Of a DNA stretch of 40,999 nt, positions 36,580 to 40,999 are shown in pieces. Source of the stretch: Patescibacteria group bacterium UBA5272. Its GTDB lineage: Bacteria > Patescibacteriota > Minisyncoccia > Phycocordibacterales > UBA5272. Position numbers and translations under genes: made by a program. The first letter of the stretch is position 1. Each line of letters begins with the position of its first letter. The notes under the pieces were generated by a model, which was given only the letters and a program-made list of their open reading frames with translations, did not search any database and had not been told where the DNA came from. The stretch covers positions 21,873 through 62,871 of the forward strand of contig DHTA01000002.1 of the NCBI GenBank assembly GCA_002408565.1, given 5' to 3'.

Positions 36580-36693
36580 GTGTAGGTATATGCCAGAGCT
36601 TTAGGCTCTGACTGCACATACCAGACTTAGGATATATAAGTTGAGAAATATATAAGTTGGAAAAACAGACCTTGCGGTCTGTTTTTCTCTTTT
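36580..36693 (+). ncRNA. Orphan small RNA candidate
   Basis: TTTACA-16-TAAAAT with TG extension (36548-36575), hairpin 36585-36622, 12-nt direct repeat, terminator 36660-36687; only a 4-codon ORF. Confidence 0.4.
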
Positions 36694-36717
36694 TGTATAA
36701 GATTATTTGGAAAAATT

Positions 36718-37041
36718 CTAAATATTTAACTCTTTTTGCTCTGGAATATTATTTTCAGATATTTCTTTTTTAGCTTTCTTCTTGTTAAAGAATATAAGGT
36801 AAATAATTTCTAAAATACCTAAAGTGTTTAGAATTAAAATCGCAATATACCAACCCTTGTGACCATTTCTTGCGGATTTCCATAGAGCTATACCCTTCCA
36901 GACGATAGACCAAAACATTGCAACTAAAAATAATATCAAAAGAAGGGTTCCTTCAATCCCAAACAATGTTCCTGGAATCATAGAGATGTCATCAAGGTTT
37001 TCAAGGTTCCCAGGTGAATAGTTTATTATTGTTGTTTCCAT
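36718..37041 (-). CDS. DUF5652-like small membrane protein
   Basis: WSIVWKGIALWKSARNGHKGWYIAILILNTLGILEIIYL. Confidence 0.85.
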   Translation of the reverse strand: METTIINYSPGNLENLDDISMIPGTLFGIEGTLLLILFLVAMFWSIVWKGIALWKSARNGHKGWYIAILILNTLGILEIIYLIFFNKKKAKKEISENNIPEQKELNI

Positions 37042-37101
37042 ATTTTTATTTATATAAATTTTCGTTTATATAAATAATTATACCACGCATAGATTTTTCT
37101 G

Positions 37102-37485
37102 TGGAAGTGGGGGGAGTTGAACCCCCGTGCTAAAAATTTTTATAAATGAGTCTAGTTTCATATCTATTTTTAGAGATTCAATTAAACATATAAAAATAGA
37201 AAAATTGTTTAATCTAGTTTTTTGAATTTCAAAAATTTTAAAGAAAACTAACTTAAAATTTTCTACACACATTCTTTATATTGCCTCAAATTTTACGATG
37301 TGTAAATAAAAGAGAGACACCAAGGTGGCTTAATTAAGCGACCACTGGAGCGAATCCGTACGCGAAAGGCGAAGGGATTGCCTTTGCTGCTTTGTTTGCA
37401 ACATAGGGTGAAAAATTTTAACGATTTATTTTCATTATCGGAAACCACATTTACAAAGAATTAGAAGTCGAATCCTGACACTCCC
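37102..37485 (-). ncRNA. ssrA: tmRNA
   Basis: 5' GGGAGTG TCAGGATTCGAC; 3' GGGGGTTCAACTCCCCC CACTTCC A; G3-U70 alanine identity pair; tag frame 37399-37334; immediately downstream of smpB. Confidence 0.93.
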
Positions 37486-37548
37486 GTCTTCGCTGGGCTA
37501 TACCGAAGCAAGTCCACCTCTATATTATAACATCTTTTAGTCTTCTTA

Positions 37549-37980
37549 TCAAACAAGATTTCTCTTTTCTTTCTTAAATTCTTTCAGTTTTAAAGTTTCT
37601 CTTTTGTCGGCCTTATTTTTTCTTTTACAGCTTCCAAATTCTAATTTTAAAATGCCGTGAGTGTCATAAATCTTGATAGGCAACAGAGAATATCCTTTTT
37701 CTGATTCAGTGGCGAGTTTTAAAATTTCTGATTTTTTTAAAAGGAGTTTTCGGGTTCTGTCGTTTTGATCTTTTTTATCTTTTTCAGAATTTTGATAAGG
37801 AGAAACAGACATGCCTACAAGATAAGCTTCACCTCCACGAATAATAATTTTTGCTCCATCGATTTGAGCCTGAGAGTTTCTGATGGCTTTGACTTCATTC
37901 CCAAAAAGTTGAATCCCTGCTTCAAAACGCTCTTTTATTTCGTAAATTAAATGTATTTTTTTGTTCTCTATTAAGGCCAT
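37549..37980 (-). CDS. smpB: SsrA-binding protein
   Basis: ENKK...FEAGIQLFGNEVKAIR, RTRKLLLKKSEI, DKRE; ATG at 37980. Confidence 0.96.
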   Translation of the reverse strand: MALIENKKIHLIYEIKERFEAGIQLFGNEVKAIRNSQAQIDGAKIIIRGGEAYLVGMSVSPYQNSEKDKKDQNDRTRKLLLKKSEILKLATESEKGYSLLPIKIYDTHGILKLEFGSCKRKNKADKRETLKLKEFKKEKRNLV

Positions 37981-38021
37981 ATTATTTTTACATTTTAGCA
38001 CGATTGTGTTAAAATTTTGCT

Positions 38022-39992
38022 ATGACAAAATTTGATTTAAAAGAGGTGAAATCTTCTTTAAAAAACAATAATACCGAAAAGAGTAATAAAAATCAAAAAA
38101 ATAAAAAGAAAAAACCTATTAATCTTTTTTCTCAATTTTTAAATATTTTTGTTTTTATTATGCTTTTAGTTTTTGCTTATTCTCTTTTTTCAAATTATTT
38201 TATACAAAACAAAGATAGGGAAGAGGTAAAAATTTCCATGAGCGAGCTTGTAAAAAATATTCAGAATGCTGTTGATGCAGAATCGGCGAGCTCTTCTTCT
38301 GCGATTAAAAATATTTTAATTGATGGGGACAAGATTTATTTGGAAAAAGGGGAGAGCACGATGTTAGTTTCTTTAAAAGAAAAAAATGAAACCTTTTTAG
38401 ATATTTTAAAAAATTATGATGTCTCTTCTACAACCTTAGAAAGTTTAAATATTCAAGTAAAAGAAGAAAACAAAATTGACTTTCTTACTTTAGCTTTTAT
38501 CTTTTTACCTATAATTTTCTTTGGAATAATACTCTGGTCTTTACTTCGTGGAGTAAAGGGAGCCAATATGAACGCTCTTTCTTTTGGAAATACAAAAGCT
38601 AAACTAATTAATCCTAATGACAACAAAAAGAAAATCACTTTTAAAGATGTAGCTGGAGCTAAAGAAGCTAAAGAAGAATTGGAAGAGGTGGTAGATTTTT
38701 TGAAAAGTCCAAAAAAGTTTTTAGAAATTGGAGCAAAGATTCCAAAAGGTTTACTTTTGATGGGAGCCCCAGGCACAGGTAAGACTTTGTTGGCTAGAGC
38801 GGTAGCGGGGGAAGCTGGAGTTCCTTTTTATCATTTATCAGGAAGTGAATTCGTGGAAATGTTTGTCGGGGTAGGGGCTAGTCGAGTGAGAGATTTATTT
38901 AAGGAAGCTAAAAGAAATTCTCCAGCTATTATATTTATAGATGAAATTGATGCCGTTGGCCGATCGAGAGGCATTGGGCTTGGTGGAGGAAATGATGAAA
39001 GAGAGCAAACTTTAAATCAAATTTTGGTAGAGATGGACGGCTTCGAACCAAATGAAAAATTAATTGTAATCGCCGCAACAAATAGGCCTGATGTTTTAGA
39101 CAGAGCTCTTTTGCGCCCAGGAAGATTTGATAGAAGAGTGACAATAGATTTGCCAGACAGAGAGTCTAGAGAAGATATTTTGCAAGTTCATTCCAAAGGG
39201 AAACCTTTGGCTGAAGATGTAAACTTAAAAGTGGTAGCCGAGAGGACGCCTGGATTTTCTGGGGCAGATTTGGCTTCAATTATGAATGAGGCGGCAATTT
39301 TAGCAGCTAGAGAAGGCAGGAAATTAATTTCACAATATGATTTAATAAGGAGTATTGAAAAAGTTATGCTTGGTCCAGAAAGAAAGACTCACATTCTTTC
39401 TGAAAAAGAAAAAGAAAAAACCGCTTACCATGAAGCTGGGCATGCTCTGGTTGCTTCTATGTTGCCAAACGCTGATCCGGTGCATAAGATTTCTATAATC
39501 TCCAGAGGAAATGCGGGTGGTTACACCTTAAAACTTCCTATTGATGATAAAAAATTAAATACTGAAAAAGATTTTATTGATGATATAGCTATGGCTTTTG
39601 GTGGTTATGCGGCTGAGTTGGAAGTGTATGGGAATTTGTCGACTGGTCCGTCCAATGATTTGCAGGTAATTACCTCTATGGCAAGAGATATGGTAATGAA
39701 ATATGGAATGAATAAAAAAGTGGGGCCAATTGCTATTGAAAATGACGAAAGAAAAGTTGTTTATGGAAATCTTGCTGACTCTAAAAATATTATCGGAGAC
39801 AATTTGGCTAATGCTGTTGACGATGAAATCAAAAAGATTTGCGAGGAAGGTTTAGAAACTGCAAAAAAAATAGTGAAAGAAAAGAGGGGTGTCTTAGATT
39901 ATATTGCCAAAGAACTTATGGAGAAAGAAAATCTTGAAAGAGAAGAGTTTGAAGATATTTTAATTTTGCATGGTATAGCAGTAAAAAAATAA
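38022..39992 (+). CDS. ftsH: ATP-dependent zinc metalloprotease FtsH
   Basis: Two TM helices, [33 protein letters not shown]. Confidence 0.98.
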   Translation: MTKFDLKEVKSSLKNNNTEKSNKNQKNKKKKPINLFSQFLNIFVFIMLLVFAYSLFSNYFIQNKDREEVKISMSELVKNIQNAVDAESASSSSAIKNILIDGDKIYLEKGESTMLVSLKEKNETFLDILKNYDVSSTTLESLNIQVKEENKIDFLTLAFIFLPIIFFGIILWSLLRGVKGANMNALSFGNTKAKLINPNDNKKKITFKDVAGAKEAKEELEEVVDFLKSPKKFLEIGAKIPKGLLLMGAPGTGKTLLARAVAGEAGVPFYHLSGSEFVEMFVGVGASRVRDLFKEAKRNSPAIIFIDEIDAVGRSRGIGLGGGNDEREQTLNQILVEMDGFEPNEKLIVIAATNRPDVLDRALLRPGRFDRRVTIDLPDRESREDILQVHSKGKPLAEDVNLKVVAERTPGFSGADLASIMNEAAILAAREGRKLISQYDLIRSIEKVMLGPERKTHILSEKEKEKTAYHEAGHALVASMLPNADPVHKISIISRGNAGGYTLKLPIDDKKLNTEKDFIDDIAMAFGGYAAELEVYGNLSTGPSNDLQVITSMARDMVMKYGMNKKVGPIAIENDERKVVYGNLADSKNIIGDNLANAVDDEIKKICEEGLETAKKIVKEKRGVLDYIAKELMEKENLEREEFEDILILHGIAVKK

Positions 39993-40148
39993 GCAAAACT
40001 TCTCAAAAAAACACATCAAAAAATACTAAAAATTATAATAATTTTTAGTATTTTTTTTCCACAAGAAGTACTTTTTTCTTAATTTTAAATGAGTTTTTTG
40101 AGGTATAATAATAATATTGAGAATTGTTATATTTTGTTATTTTTTATT

Positions 40149-40999
40149 ATGTATTTTCTGTCAAAAAACAAGAGAATAGCTCTCTCCTCCAGAGCGGCCA
40201 AGTGTTTGGTCGTGTTGTTTGTTTTGACATATTCTTTTAATATTTCTTTAGCTATCACAGACGTACAAAAACTTTCTGTGAGGAGCTCTTTCCCTGTAAA
40301 ACTTTATTGTAGAACTGCTTATTTATTAGGAATAAACACAGAAAAGTGTACTAATCTTGATTCTTCCTTTAGTAAAGAAGATACCTCCGCAGAAATCATT
40401 TCTCTAAAAGAGAGAATTTCTTATTTAGAATCTTTTTTTACAAAATTTTCCAACGCCAATTCTACTACTACAGCAACCTCTTCATCTGTGGTTTATTTTT
40501 TGAATGAAAAGGGAGATACTGGTCCAGCTGGTCCTCAAGGTCCTATGGGTTTAACTGGCCCTCAAGGATCTCAAGGCCCACAAGGTCTGCAAGGAGAAAG
40601 AGGTGAGACGGTATATGTTCAAGCAACCTCCTCTCTTCCTCTCTATATTCCAATTGGCGGAGGGACTGGTCCTCAAGGTCCAGCTGGAGTAGATGGTAAA
40701 GACGGATCATACATCACAGATATCACTTCCAATTCTACCTCTACCACTTATTTTATTTATAATCCTTCTGCCAATTCTACTAGTAGTATAATAGTTCCTT
40801 CTAGCTATATTGTTTCTACCTCTTCCACCTCTACAATTATTGTTAATGATTATAACTTTTTTGCTTCTTCGAGTAATTCTAATTTAATAACCTTCCAAAA
40901 CGGAGATGATATTACTTATTCTTTCACAGACACTCCGATCTTCTCTTCTTCTACTATCACTAATTTAAATACTACCAACGCTACTTCTTCTAACTTCTT
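40149..40999 (+). CDS. Secreted collagen-like, S/T-rich surface protein, truncated by the window edge
   Basis: Not in ORF track. ATG 40149 MYFLSKNKRIALSSRAAKCLVVLFVLTYSFNISLA...; 11 Gly-X-Y triplets at 40512-40610 and a second short run near 40660-40710; S/T/N-rich afterwards. Confidence 0.85.
   Translation, partial: MYFLSKNKRIALSSRAAKCLVVLFVLTYSFNISLAITDVQKLSVRSSFPVKLYCRTAYLLGINTEKCTNLDSSFSKEDTSAEIISLKERISYLESFFTKFSNANSTTTATSSSVVYFLNEKGDTGPAGPQGPMGLTGPQGSQGPQGLQGERGETVYVQATSSLPLYIPIGGGTGPQGPAGVDGKDGSYITDITSNSTSTTYFIYNPSANSTSSIIVPSSYIVSTSSTSTIIVNDYNFFASSSNSNLITFQNGDDITYSFTDTPIFSSSTITNLNTTNATSSNF

Noticed and set aside
37078-37272. 64-aa minus-strand ORF
   Set aside because: Lies over the tmRNA 3' half
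7949-37551. Genetic code 25 (TGA = Gly), as in Gracilibacteria/Absconditabacteria
   Set aside because: Long conserved genes are open under code 11 with no in-frame TGA; TGA appears as a stop (7159-7161, smpB)
4870-39144. Many 60-111 aa ORFs antisense to or overlapping confident genes (e.g. 4870-5073, 14678-14932, 18880-19209, 19539-19874, 35546-35848, 38453-38776)
   Set aside because: Shadow frames of real genes with no recognisable motifs

Overview
AT-rich bacterial chromosomal segment read in genetic code 11. Gene content and style (rplK not followed by rplA, IleRS with an inserted histidine-phosphatase domain, near-leaderless genes, S/T-rich collagen-like surface proteins) suggest a Patescibacteria/CPR, probably Parcubacteria, genome; this is inference. 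Positions 1 to about 11480 are the right part of an accessory island abutting the 3' end of tRNA-Arg(UCU). It holds a large serine recombinase and a Type I restriction-modification operon (HTH-fused hsdM, hsdS, hsdR, YgjP/M48-like gene) with three extra genes embedded (AbiTii-like, membrane, SEC-C). Upstream of the recombinase is an unannotated ~85-nt structured RNA (537-621, minus strand). Its unpaired segment is complementary to three sites, two of them just before the start codons of the downstream membrane gene and of the recombinase, a layout resembling the c4/CI antisense immunity switches; this is the most novel-looking feature. The rest is mostly housekeeping: 4 tRNAs, an RluA-family gene, rplS, secE-nusG-rplK, argS, ileS, recO, metG, tatD, rpsF-ssb-rpsR, ndk, a beta-CASP nuclease, a LOG-family gene, infC-rpmI-rplT, tmRNA-smpB and ftsH. 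It also contains a compact 6S-like RNA, an orphan sRNA candidate and a tRNA-His with an unusual A73 discriminator.
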